Assembly: GCF_028641065.1 (NCBI RefSeq)
Contig: NC_073408.1
Span: 12,462,001 to 12,526,000 of the forward strand
DNA from: Leucoraja erinacea
Taxonomy: Eukaryota
Reading direction: 5' to 3'
Length of the DNA: 64,000 bases
Made by a program: the position numbers and the translations under genes. This document shows positions 1 through 12,006 of the stretch, one piece after another (position 1 is the stretch's first letter; the number at the start of each line of letters is the position of its first letter). The notes beneath the pieces were generated by a model. That model was not told the origin of the DNA. It was given only the letters and a program-made list of their open reading frames with translations, and made no database searches.

Positions 1-59
1 TAAGTTTCAGGGCAATTTATTTTACTGGAATTCTGAGACATTTATTTTAAACAACCATC

Positions 60-770
60 ACAACAGTAGGTGGTACATATATGGAACAAGCAGTTAGTTG
101 AAGTAGTTGAGGCACGTACAATAACATTTAAAAGATATTTGTTTAAGAAGGAACTGCAGATGCTGGAAAATTGAAGGTAAACAAAAATGCTGGAGAAACT
201 CATGTGCAGCATGGAGTCTGTGGAGTCTGAAGAAGGGTTTCGGCCCGAAACGTTGCCTATTTCCTTCGCTCCATAGATGCTGCTGCACCCGCTGAGTTTC
301 TCCAGCATTTTTGTGTACCTAACATTTAAAAGATATTTGGGCAGGTACATGGATAGGGAAAATAGGGCTAGCATGGTCAGCATAGATGAAGTTGGGCCGA
401 AAGGTATGTTTCTGTGCCGTATGACTCTGGATATCAGAAAGGCTTGGATAGGGTGGATGTGGAGAGGATGTTACCACTAGTGGGAGAGTCTAGGACCAGA
501 GGTTATAGCCACAGGATTAATGGGAGTTCTTTTAGGAAGGAGACGAGGAAAATGTATTTATTCAGAGGGTGGTGAATATGTGGAAATCTTTGTGGAAGTC
601 AGTGGATATTTTTACGGCAGAGATAGATAGATTCTTGATTAGTACAGGTGTCAGAGATTATGGGGAGAAGGCATGAGAATGGAGTTAGGAGGGAGAGATA
701 GATCAGCCATGATTGAATGGCGGAGTAGACTTGATGGGCCGAATGGCCTAATTCTACTATCACATGATCT
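60..770 (+). mobile_element. Two CR1 LINE 3'-end fragments, interrupted by a Penelope-derived insert
   Basis: Typical CR1 ORF2 C-terminus and 3'UTR motifs (gagtctaggaccagagg, cagagggtggtgaat, gatgggccgaatggcctaattct). Boundaries approximate. Confidence 0.75.
142..319. mobile_element. Penelope-like pLTR-derived inverted-repeat insert carrying a minimal hammerhead core
   Basis: 20-bp TSD taacatttaaaagatatttg at 122-141 and 320-339. Inverted arms acaaaaatgctggagaaactca / tgagtttctccagcatttttgt. Core CTGAAGA-a-GGGT-TTCG-GCCC-GAAAC-GTT at 227-254. Confidence 0.75.
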
Positions 771-899
771 TATGATTATAAGCCCTCCACTGATAACTGG
801 CAAGGAATCTGCATCCATGCCTCTGCTTAAATTTGCAGTGGCAAAGACGATTACATCACAGTTTGAGATGATCAAGTAAAGTAAAATTCTTTATTTTTC

Positions 900-1110
900 A
901 CGATAATAAAGCGATTTACTCGAGCGAGTTTTAACCAGTTAAAATAATGAAACTCCTTCGAACAGGGTCGAGCTTGAATGAATGCTTTACCAAAAGCCAG
1001 CGAAAACCAAAGATACTAGAGGAGCTCCTCTAGTATCTTTGGCGAAAACGCTCCCGCGATCACGTGACCACGAGGGTTTGTGATTCCCCAGGCCACCACT
1101 AGGTGCCGCT
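900..1110. promoter_or_regulatory. Small CpG-enriched patch with E-box and CTCF-like motif
   Basis: Local CpG cluster, palindromic TCACGTGA near 1060-1067, and CCACTAGGTGCCGC near 1096-1109. No associated exon recognised. Confidence 0.3.
1008..1041. mobile_element. 34-bp perfect palindrome with 8-bp TSD (hAT-type micro-MITE)
   Basis: CAAAGATACTAGAGGAG|CTCCTCTAGTATCTTTG, flanked by gcgaaaac at 1000-1007 and 1042-1049. Confidence 0.75.
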
Positions 1111-1399
1111 ACAACAGTTTACTGATGCAGACATTATGGATACATTGTGTCTGTAAATAGAAATCTTTTCTTCACTCAGATCAATGCCTCAAGACAATTA
1201 CCTTGGGCACACAGTACAACTTTAGGCCTAGATTATGTAAAGCTCGGCAATTTGCAGTAGTGACTACACTGGTTCAAGTTCCGAGGCACAAATATCACCA
1301 GCAATTTGTCCTGGATCAGGATCAATCACATTGAACTACAGCGGAGAGAGTATATCACCACCTTTACTTTCTCAGAAAACTATGCATGTTCTCGGAAGG

Positions 1400-1705
1400 C
1401 TCAGAATGTAGGGAGTCTTTTACCTAGAGTATGAGAATCAAAAACCAGAGGACATAGGTTTAAGGTGTGAGGGGAAAGATTTAAGAGAAATCTCAAGGGG
1501 CAACCTTTGACACAGAGGATGGTAGGTGTATGGAACGGGCTGCCAGAGGAGGTAGTTGTGGCAAATACTATAACAACATTTAAAGGGCATTTGAACAACT
1601 ACATGGATGGGAAAAGTTTAGAGGGATATGGCCAAATGTGTACAGGTGGGACATCTTGGTCTGCAGGTTGGGTCAAAGGGGCTATTTCTGTGCTGTATGA
1701 CTCTA
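1400..1705 (+). mobile_element. CR1 LINE 3' fragment
   Basis: ORF 1507 reads TQRMVGVWNGLPEEVV..TFKGHLNNYM, the CR1 ORF2 C-terminus. Confidence 0.8.
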
Positions 1706-2150
1706 AATTTGGTATGTCTCCGATGAATCTCACCAACTTCTACAGCTACACCACAGAAAGCATTATGTTAGGATGCAGCACAGCTTGGTTTAGCAACAGT
1801 CCCCAAGACCACAAGCATGGAAACATAGAAAATAAGTGCATGAGTAGGCCATTCGGCCCTTCTAGCCAGCACCGCCATTCAATGTGATCATGGCTGATCA
1901 TCCAAAATCAACACCCCGTTCCTGCTTTCTCCCCATATCCCTTGATTCCATTAGCCCTAAGAGCTATATCTAAATCTCTCTTGAAAACATCTAGTTAATT
2001 GGCTTCCACTGCCATCTGTGGCAGAGAATTCCACAGATTCATAATTCTCTGGGTGAAAAAGTTTTTCCTCATCTGAGTCCGAAATGGCCTACCCCTTATT
2101 CTTAAGCAATTGCAGAGGGTTGTGGATGCAGCCCCGTCCATCACACAAAA
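1706..2150. mobile_element. Rex1/Babar-like LINE fragment (+) split by a CR1 3' fragment (-, about 1817-2105)
   Basis: Peptide LTNFYSYTTESIMLGCSTAWF...QRVVDAAPSIT is typical of the Rex1-type RT C-terminus. The insert begins with the CR1 tail aaacatagaaa. Confidence 0.6.
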
Positions 2151-2321
2151 TACCAGGAGAAAACCCACACAGTCTCAGGGAGAACATGCAAACAGTCAGC
2201 ACCCTAAGTCAGGATTTAACCTGGGTCTCTGGCACTTAGAGGCAGCAGCTCGATTACTGCAACGCCCTAATGGATGGAGAACAGCTGGCGAGCTGCTGTC
2301 TACCTATTTGAAACGTGTCAT

Positions 2322-2457
2322 GTTTAAGAAGGAACTGCAGATCCTGGAACTGGAAAATCCAAGTTAGACAAAAATGCTGGAGAAACTCAGCGGGTGCAGC
2401 AGCACCTATGGAGCGATGGAAATAGGCAACATTTCAGGCCGAAACTCTTCTTCAGAT
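2322..2457 (-). mobile_element. Penelope-derived short repeat with degenerate hammerhead core
   Basis: gaaggaactgcag...aaatgctggagaaactcagcggg...cttcttcaga; same family as 142-319. Confidence 0.65.
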
Positions 2458-3197
2458 GTTTTTCATTAAAAACAAAGGAGTCTTGATCTCTTAGAACTAT
2501 AACACTTAACACTTAAAACTATTAAAACACTTAAATATACCTGGCTAAAAATACCAGCACACAGAAGCAATGTGAAACTGAGGGAAGAGCCCATTAGAAT
2601 ATTGATACCCACTCACGTTAATCTGAAAATCACTGAGCTGAACATTTTAATGTAACATCAACACCAATGGTGCAGCTTAAAAGCCCCAGTTTTGAGCTAA
2701 GCTATGAAAATGGAGATGCAGTCAGTACTCCCAAATGAGAAAAAAAATAAAAAATTGAAAATGATATAAAATCCCTGATGATGCTCCTCTATCAACTGTT
2801 TATCAGCTTTTCTTAAGAAGCTTCCTGTGAGACGGTAATATGTTATCATGCTTAAACCATTGTGATCCGTTTCTGAATATATGAAGTAAAAGCTAGATAG
2901 AATGGAATAAAATAAAACAATACATCAAATAGATTTAAAAAAAACATATTCCATATATATCTTTCTTGCAATGATCGATGTCCTGATTCTATTTTGCACA
3001 TTGCTAACTCATGTGCTCTGATTTTGTGGGAAATTGCTTCCAATTTCTTGCAGAAATGGCAATTGATCAGGGATTTCCAGGAATAAAAAACATCAAAATC
3101 ATAAAACAATACCCTGGAAATTCAATTCAAAAGCAGAAAATGCTGTAAGCACTCAGTAGATCAGGATATATTGATCAGGAGAGAAACAGAGTCAGCA

Positions 3198-3485
3198 GGG
3201 AGGCACAGTGGCTCAGAGGTAGAGTTGCTGCCTTACAGCGCCAGAGACCTGGGTTTGATCCCAACTATGGGTGCTGTCTGTACGGAGTTTGTACTTTCGC
3301 CACGTGACCCACGTGGGTTTTCCCCAGGTGCTCCAGTTACCTCCCACGCCCCAAAGATGTACAGGTTTGTAGGTTCATTGGTTTCGCTAGTGTGTAGGAT
3401 AGTGTTAGTGTACGGGGATCGCTGGTTGGCACAGACTCGGTGTGCAGAAAGGCCTGTTTCCGCATTGTACCTTGAAACTAAAACT
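3198..3485 (+). mobile_element. tRNA-derived SINE (HE1/V-SINE-like)
   Basis: A-box tggctcagagg, B-box ggtttgatcc, conserved body gtgctgtctgtacggagtttgtac, and CR1-like tail ggcctgtttcc...aaactaaa. Confidence 0.8.
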
Positions 3486-4964
3486 TCAAGTCCAAGATCC
3501 TTCTTCAAAACTGAGAAAGTGAGAAGATAAGCAAGTTTATCTTCACAGAAGTGGGGACGAGATCGAGAGGCAGAGGGATGGGACAGGATGCAGACCATAG
3601 TTGTGAAGAAAACAATCCTGTGACAACTGCCATTTGGCGACAGGAAGGAAAAAGAAACAATTTGAATCAGAAAAATACAGCCACACCTGTGAACAAAGAG
3701 ATGAAAAGAAGTTAACTGAAATTATTAAATTCAATATTAAGTTTCACTGCACGTAATGTACCCAGACAAAAGATGAAAGTAGGTGATGAAAGGGCAACAT
3801 CACCCGCTGAGTTTCTCCAGCATTTTTGTCTACCTTTGATTGTTCCAGCTTCTGCAGTTCCTTCTTAAACAGACAGAAGATGAAGTGTTTTTCCTGAAAT
3901 GCACCGCCAGCGTGGAGAGACAATTCCGGACTAAGCTGGAGTTATGGGAGCGACTGTTGTGACTGGACTTGTATACTATCACTTCCTACCTGGAGCCAAA
4001 TGTTAATGATAGATCGAGGAGTTGGTGGAGAGAGTTGGCAGCTTCAAATTCCCAGGTGTAAACATCTCAGCACATAAATGTAATCATGTTGAAGGCATGC
4101 CAGCACCTTTACTTTCTTCAGAGTTTAAAGAGATTCATCATGCCACCAAACACTCTAAACAATGTGGTTGACCCTTAAACACAGCTGAAATGCCCTAGCA
4201 AATCATTCAATTCAAGGGCAATTAGATATGGGCTTATCAGTGATGCCCATATCTGAAATTATGAATAAATAACATAAGATTCCACAGGATCTGCCCTGAA
4301 CTTGCACCAGGTTCAACCAGCTGCAGGTTCAGTAACTCCATTCATCCCATGGTGAGGACGGCTGATAGGAAGAATAGTGTGCTTCAGCTAATAATCGTAT
4401 TTTTGTGTTAATATATATGTTTTTAATTGTTAGCTCAAATGATTTAAATTGTATTTAATATGCTCGTGCGTTTTAGAACTTTTGCATATTTTGTTTTATT
4501 GTTTTTGATTATGTGATTCATTTTTAATTGATCATTTTTTTCTTGTTTTGTGGGCCATTCATATTTCAGTGACAGTTTTGACAAGTTATGCCTGGAGTTA
4601 TGCATAAATCAGCCCGGGGCTGGCCATTTATTACGGGAAGGTTCGGCGTCAATCAAGAAATGGTTTCGGTGCAGGATGCCAATGCAAGGAAATATAGATG
4701 GGATGCAGGTGTTGAAGTGGCTTCTCAGGTGTTTCAGTTTCTATGCTGGCTAGAGTCAAATTGCCATGTCTGTCATTCTGTGTTTCGATAGGGTGAAGAA
4801 AAAAATAATGATTGAATTAACATCAAATTCATATCGTCACTGAGACTGAGAAATCAAGTGAAGATTGTTGGAATCTGGAGGGTATCAAACTTATTAAAAA
4901 TCATTACGCTCATCCAGGCAAATGGAGGGCATTGTTTTATGATTCTGATTTGCATCTTGTAGAT

Positions 4965-5316
4965 GGCCGGACTTAACATCGTGAAGCTGACAGTCCCTTG
5001 GTGAGGGGCCGGCTTCGGGAGCTCCAAGCCACAGGAGCTTCGACCGCGCCAAATCCGGGAGCTTCGATTACCGCAACGCTGATCGCTGGCTACGGGATCG
5101 CCCCGACTGTGGGTGATTCGACTGCCCTGACCGCGGGCGAAAAGGAGGGAAGAAGAAAATACGTTATTGCTTTCCATTGCTCTGGTGGATGTTTATGTTA
5201 ATTTTTATGTAGTTGTGTACCTTTCTTGTTGCTTTTTTGGTATGACTGTATGGCAAATCAAATTCCTTGTATGTTTTTACATACTTGACTAATAAATTAA
5301 TTACAATACAATACAA
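4965..5316 (+). mobile_element. 5'-truncated GC-rich non-autonomous retroelement with Rex1-like tail
   Basis: 3' end caaattccttgtatgt..catacttgactaataaa followed by (tacaa)n. Related to 23806-24596 and 43125-43850. Confidence 0.55.
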
Positions 5317-5409
5317 TTCCTCCATGAATACTGAGCCTAAATCCTGGAAATTCCTAGGTGATAGCATTGTAGATATACTTTCACAAGAAAGAAGGTATCT
5401 CACTTCACC

Positions 5410-5722
5410 TTAGTTTAGATACAGCATGAAAACAGGCACTTTGGACCCTTGAGGTCATGCCAATCATTGATCACCTGTTTATACTAGTTCTATGTTATCC
5501 CACTTTCACATCCATTCTCTACCCACAAGGGTCACTTTTGTAGCGGCAAATTAACCTACAAATCCCCACGATGTGGGAAGAAGCCTGAGCACCCGGAGGA
5601 AACCCACGCAGTTACAGGGAGGATATGCAAACTCCACGCAAACAACACCCGAGGTCAGGATCAAACCCGGGTCTCTGGCGTTGTGAGACAATAACTCGAC
5701 CAGCTGTGGCACAGTATCCCCC
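5410..5722 (-). mobile_element. tRNA-derived SINE
   Basis: Reverse complement of the 3198-3485 family (gtcaggatcaaacccgggtctctggcg). Confidence 0.75.
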
Positions 5723-5956
5723 AACTGGCCTTTCTTCTTAAGGGTAATTGGGGATAAACAATAAATTCTGTCCTTACAAGAGACAGCTGAATTCCTGATA
5801 AGTGACAAATAACAAAACTACCAGAACACTTCAACCTTTTAGGTGCCAGTGAGCTGATGCGGGCATGTTGGTAGCCCTGGCAACATCTTGGATGATGATA
5901 GAACAATGTTCGAACTTCTCATGGCTTCCTGTGTTAAAGATTTTATCAAGCCCCAC

Positions 5957-6098
5957 TTATTCTTCTTGCGTATGTATGGCTTGCACAGCCAAGTTGTAGG
6001 ACAACTTGTTCTAATTGATCTTATTTGATTGTGCACGCCAGGTTGATTGCATTGGTTGAAACAGGGCGGACCACGTGAAGGTTGCAATCTCCCACCCC
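5957..6098 (-). mobile_element. 142-bp non-autonomous retroposon headed by an HDV-like ribozyme, with (AAG)n-like tail
   Basis: 12-bp TSD atcaagccccac at 5945-5956 and 6099-6110. The minus strand starts GGGGTGG and ends gcaagaagaataa. Confidence 0.8.
6045..6098 (-). ncRNA. Minimal HDV/CPEB3-like self-cleaving ribozyme (predicted)
   Basis: P1 GGGGUGG/CCGCCCU with G1.U wobble; J1/2 GA; P2 GAUUGCA/UGCAAUC; P3 ACC/GGU; L3 UUCACGU; P1.1 C-G plus U.U; P4 reduced to UUCAA; J4/2 CCAA with putative catalytic C at 6055. Confidence 0.75.
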
Positions 6099-7004
6099 AT
6101 CAAGCCCCACATTTGTCCCCCTCAAAGAGCTAACTCTAATTCAACAGTTTAGTTGGTATGTTTTCTCACCCTGGAAGGCATGCATGAAAATTCAAGCCTT
6201 TGTGTTTTAATTAACACTAAGCCTTTCATTTCCTGGATTTCCTGTCATTAATGATTCAATTGTGAGACAATTTATAGGACACTTCTCCAAAGAGTAGCAA
6301 GCAATTCAGATCCTAATATTTTAAAATACCGTTACTTTGCACGTAAAAAAAACCCACTTGGAATTGTCTTATTTGTTACCTTTAATTGCGCTGTCTGAAT
6401 GGGATTGCGCAGACTGTCAACACATCCCTCTCCCTCTGTTAATGCATTAACCTTGCTTACTGTCACAATGCCTCTAGAATTGATGCTATTTATCCAATTA
6501 CATTACTCATTCACAGATTACTGTCTGCTAAAAAACAAAACGGAAGACTGTTTATTTCCTTATTAAATACCCACCATCTCTAATCACAAAGAGTAGACAG
6601 ATTAGTCAGCTGTCCAAGGTCTCAAAATCAATTTCTGACTTCCAAAACTACTTAACATTCAACAATTCGTCAAACTATAAAAATACAATTTTAACATTTT
6701 AAAGTTTATTTTAGGAAATGTCAAAATAAAATGTTTTTTTCCCAGCCACATGCTTATTTTGAAACAGAAACAGAAAATGCTGGAAGCAGTTTGCAGTTGA
6801 AGCAGCATCAGTTTGGAGAGAAATAGAATCAAGATTTTGCAACAGAATTGGAACAGTAGGAGAATGTGTTTTAATGACATGAACACGACAGGGTGCAAAC
6901 CAAAGCTGCCAAGTTATCAATTACAGGCGATCCCAGGTTACATAAGAGTTCCACTCCATACAACTGCCCATGTCCATTTCTCCATAAGTCAGGTTCATTT
7001 TAAT

Positions 7005-7097
7005 TTAGACACAAAGTGCTGGAGTTACTTAGCTGGACAGGCAGTAATTCTGGAGAGAAGGAATGGGTGACGTTTTGGGTCAAGACCCTTCTTCAGA
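7005..7097 (-). mobile_element. Penelope-derived short repeat, degenerate hammerhead (GAAA->AAAA)
   Basis: ggagagaaggaatgggtgacgttttgggtcaagacccttcttcaga. Confidence 0.65.
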
Positions 7098-7099
7098 TG

Positions 7100-7372
7100 C
7101 TAGTTTAGTTTAGTGATACAGTGCGGAAAGAAACCCTTTGGCCCACTGAGTCTGCACAGACCAGCAATCCCCACACATTAACGCTATCCTACACACACTA
7201 GGGAAAATTTACATTTATACCAAGCCAATTTACTTACAAACCTGTACGTCTTTGGAGTAAGATTTGCATCCTGGGGATTTGCAGGCAGCACCTGTAATCG
7301 GGATTGAACCCAGGTCTCTGACATGGTAAGTGCTGTAAGGCTGCAATTCTACCCGCTGCACCACCGTGCCGC
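7100..7372 (-). mobile_element. tRNA-derived SINE
   Basis: (tagtt)n tail on the plus strand; head accgtgccgc at the right end. Confidence 0.75.
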
Positions 7373-7571
7373 GTTGATTCTCTATAGCTAATATTACTCT
7401 ACACACACTAGCTATCATCCTTTCACTCATTAAATTTTCACCCTAACACTACCTGTAATTAAATGAATGGAAATCAAACTGTATCCAGTAGTTCATGAAT
7501 ACTACAAAACATTTTACTATTATTATTACTATCTTGAAAAATGCTTTAACAATAGGCTGCTATAGTGGCGC

Positions 7572-7690
7572 TAGGGTTGCCAACAGTCCCTTATTAGCCG
7601 GGACATCCCGTATATTGGGCTAAATTGGTTTGTCCCATATGGGACCACCCTTGTCCCGTATTTGACTGCTACTACATGGGTTGAGGGGAT
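7572..7690 (+). mobile_element. hAT-like DNA transposon left-end fragment
   Basis: Starts TAGGGTTGCCAAC, followed by subterminal gtccc/gggac repeats. No matching right end seen. Confidence 0.5.
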
Positions 7691-10039
7691 TGTCGGGAAG
7701 AATACAAGAAGTTCTAGTGATAGCCAAGAGGTTCGTGACTGAGTTGTTCTGCTGGACCACCAGATGCATTAAAACAGAATCTTGGCACTGATAAAAATGC
7801 AATATAAAGTTGCCCTACTTTCATGATAGAAACATATTAAATCAACAAGAAAAGAATATAACTTATGCATTACCGTCTGCAAATTGTTAAAGACACAATG
7901 ACTTAATTACCACCAAATATCCTCTGTAGGTTAGAAGATTAACACATGTGTGTATAACATCACATTCACAATATAAATATCGTTGGTGATTTTAAAAATA
8001 TTTCTCAGCTTAATTTTGTTTTATTTTTGTCCTGATTTCTTTACCTCCTACTTTGCTCTGCATACGGAATTTTTATATTGACAGAAATATCTAGGCATGC
8101 ACTTCCTGGCTATGATACTGTGAGGATGGTTTTACCATCTCAATGGCAAGTGGGGATGGTTAGCAGCAGCAACATGGAGTGGTGGGAAAAGATTAAGGTG
8201 CAAGTCACAGGATCAGACATGTCGGTGAAAGCGGGGGGAATTGGAGAGGTGTAATCTCCCCACTTCGCAACGGGTCTCCCAGTTTGGCAGATGAAGTCAG
8301 CTGAAATCAAATTCCAGTCTAAAATGTACCAGTGCCGTGGGATCGAATTTCTCAATGATTGTTCTTTGGCCTCGCCGCATAAATTGAAGGTTCCGTGCAA
8401 CGGGCACAGTGCCCCCAGTCACGGGAACTTCAAGTTCAAAACCCCATGAAAGTCAATGAGAACCTATAAGTGCATTGAATGGTTGGCAGCGTTCATTCAA
8501 CTCTGACTAAAAAATCTGGCTCTGATATAGCAGAAACATTCAGCAATTTAATCTCTCTGCTTGGTGCTCACTGCGCCAATCTGATCAATTAGTTTGAAAT
8601 TATTTGGATATCAGCATTTATTGAAGTAAGGGACTGTTGTAAAATCTTATAAACTGCCATATAAACTGAAGCATAATTTTGACCTGCCAGTCTACCCATA
8701 CCCAATCATTTAATGTCACAATCAATATCATTTAATGTCACAATCTCTCTGTATAGCGATAATTGAAACTTAGTTTCAATTATAAGCTGAGGACAATTTG
8801 TATTGCAGATTGCTGACTGTCTAAAGTAAAATATCGTGCAGAATTCAGGACTATGTGTCAGAACACTTTATTGTCCTGTAGTATCTTTAAATAGCGTTAA
8901 ATCCAAGTAGTACAGATGTACAATAATTTATTTTCTTCTGGAATATTATAATCCACTGTTAGCAAAGCAAAACCAGCTCTTTTCATATTCATGTATTTGT
9001 CAAGTTTTATTACACTCCTCTTTCTATATGAGAATCAACTTTGGAAACATAATGCATCATGGGTTAATACTCCAGTCATGCCTTTATTTTGGATTTTGTC
9101 TGTCTGGTAAAAGATGCAAAACAACAACTAACAGCAAATATTATTAATTCAATGAAGATAATTCATACTGGGATTTAGAGGCACTAGGCAGTGCAGTTAT
9201 TTCAAGGTCTTAACTTGAAACTAATCCATTCACTATTAGTATTCTGAATGCACAGCTTTAGACTGCAGCAACTTTGGGAATATTTGCTGTGGTTTAGTGC
9301 ACATTGAAGCTGAACCATGCATAGGTTTGTTCTGTGCTACGGTTTACCTCTGTTGTTGAGAGTGCAGCTGCAATTAATGTGATCAAAAGATTAATAAAGT
9401 GTTCATCTATTTCATTAAATATTTAACCAAAACATCTCAGGAGGGTAAATTTCTATTAAACAAGAACATTAAAAAAACCCCACTTAAAATAGACCATTCA
9501 TGATGAAATTTTTTTTAAAACCTGTTTTTCCATTCGGAGGCATTTTAAGGTATCAGACATCAGTGAGGAGTTGACATATTAAAGGTATTCTGCAACCTCA
9601 ATGTCACTATTTACTTATTAGGCATAATTGTCTTGACCTCAATGGGGATGAGCCACACACTGATGACTAAGTATTTCAAAGCTTTATATTCCTCTTGCCA
9701 CTTCTTCCAGTTTCTCAAATTATTGTGCATGGAGCAGCCTGAAATGTTCCTGTGATGAATGAAAGAATTATTTTACATCACTTGTTAAATTGCAAAGCAC
9801 AGTTCTACAGCGCTTACAGAAGGGGAAGCAGTTACTGTTTCAGGGCAACCAACCTTGATCGGAAAGATAGCACCATCTATTTTGAATTGAAGCTATATCA
9901 AAATTCCCCATTATATGTCCTTAAGTTTTAGTTTCTCACAGTTGTAATGTCCAGTCTGAAATTAAATCATGTTCTTAACTACCTCTACCATGCATTTCCT
10001 AGCTACTGGTTTAATATTTTATTGTTTCTTGTTGCAGAG

Positions 10040-10505
10040 CCTAAATAACATCTTTAGGGAGAGGTTGAGTAGGTTGGGTCTCCATTGGTGCGCAGGAGGA
10101 TGAGGGTGACCTTATAGATGTACAGTAGGTGTATAAGATCATGAGAGCATTAGATCGGGTAGATGCACACTCTTGACTCTCTTGCCCAGAGTATGGGAAT
10201 CGAGGAACAGAGGACAAACTGTAGATTGTAGGTGAAGGGGAAAAGATCTAATAGGAATCCGAGGGGTAACTTTTTCACACAAAGGGTGGTGGGTGTATGG
10301 AACAAGCTGTCAGAGGAGGTAGTTGAGGCTGGGACTATCCCAACATTTAAGAAACAGTTAGACAGGTACATGGATAGGACAGGTTTGGATGGGATATGGA
10401 CCAAGCGCAGGCAGGTGGGGCGTGTAGCTGGGACATGTTGGCTGGTGTGGGCAAGTTGGGCCGAAGGGCCTGTTTCCACACTGTATCACTCCATGACTCT
10501 ATCAT
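10040..10505 (+). mobile_element. CR1 LINE 3' fragment
   Basis: ORF 10232 reads FFTQRVVGVWNKLSEEVVEAGTIPTFKKQLDRYMD; tail ctccatgactctat. Confidence 0.8.
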
Positions 10506-10939
10506 GGTTCCTGCTACTTCCAACCTGTTATACGTTTTCTGAAGTAACATTGCTGTCAGGCACTTTCATTTTCTTTCCCTATATCTTGACTAGACATTTC
10601 TTTACCGCATTCTCTATTTCGATGTTGAAATAATTATCTGTTTTTTATCTAATTTTTCATTTTGTTTCAATAAATTAAAATGTAAAAAACTGCAAATGCT
10701 AGGAATCGGTAATAAAAACAGAAAATACTAGGAACTCTCACACCTTATGCAGCATCAGATTGACCAGAAAATAATCAGGAGAGAAAACCAGGGCTCATTT
10801 TTTATTTGTCTCTTTTAAAGTACTCAAGTCAAATGCAATACTCCTCGAACCAAAGTTGCTCATAAGGAAAACATAGAACAGTGCAGCACAGGAACAGGTT
10901 TTTCAGCCCACATTGACTGTACTAAGCATGTTTAGCGAT

Positions 10940-11610
10940 GTTTAGTTTAGATGCTTAGAGATATAACATGGAAATGGTCCCTTTAGCCCACGGAGCTCAT
11001 GCCGACCATTGATCAACCATAGGTACACAAAAAAGCTGGAGAAACTCAGCGGGTGCAGCAGCATCTATGGAGCGAAGGAAATAGGCCTATTTCCTTCGCT
11101 CTGATGCTGCTGCACCCGCCCCAGCTTTTTTTTGTACCTTCGATTCTCCAGCATCTGCTAAACATTGATACACACTAGTTCTGGTTACCCCACTTTTGCA
11201 TTTACAAGGGGCAATTTACAGAAGCCAATTAACCTACAAACATGCACGTCTTTGGAATGTTGGAGGAAACCGGAACATTCAGAGAACATTCATGCTGACA
11301 GACGAAGAATGTATACACTCCACAGATGGTCCCCTTAGTCAGGATTGAACCTGGATCTCCGGCTCCACTGCTGTGCCATCCATGATGCCAAGACCAACTC
11401 TTATCTGCCTGCATATATTATATCCCTCCATTCTCTGTATATCCATGTACCCATCCAAAACTCTTATGTGCCACTATTGCACCTGGCTCCACCACCAACC
11501 CAGACAGCGCTTTCCAGGCACTCACCACCTTCAGTGTAAAAATAACCTGCCTTGAACATCTCCTTTAAACTTTGCCCCTATCACCTTAAAGCTATGCCCT
11601 TTACAGTTTG
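10940..11610 (-). mobile_element. Nested SINE, Penelope-derived palindrome (about 11020-11160) and CR1 fragment
   Basis: SINE body interrupted by gctggagaaactcagcgggtgcagcagcatc...gatgctgctgcacccg; CR1 3' fragment at about 11380-11610. Confidence 0.6.
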
Positions 11611-12006
11611 AGTAAAAAGATCCTGATATCCATTCAGTTTTACATTCTGTGCTCAGTTAATTGAGTCAAGTTGAGAAAACGACAGCAGTTGTACTGGTCA
11701 CAACTGGTATTAAGCTGTTACTCCTTCAAAACTGTAAATGCAAAAAGTATGTTTATTTAAAAACTGTAAATCAGCTTGGATACTCATAACAGGAGAAATA
11801 TATGTTAAAACTGTCCCAGATTTTAATTCAATGTTTCAGGACTGTGGCTGTAAACTCATTCCCCTTTCAGCATACAAAAACTGCACTGCTTTCAGGATTT
11901 AGCAAAATAAATGAAAAATTTGGTTACATCTTTGGAAGAGACTGCCATCTGGTGGCAGCACCTGATGTTTGCAACTTTTCATTCTGCTAATGTGTTCAGA
12001 TATTAA

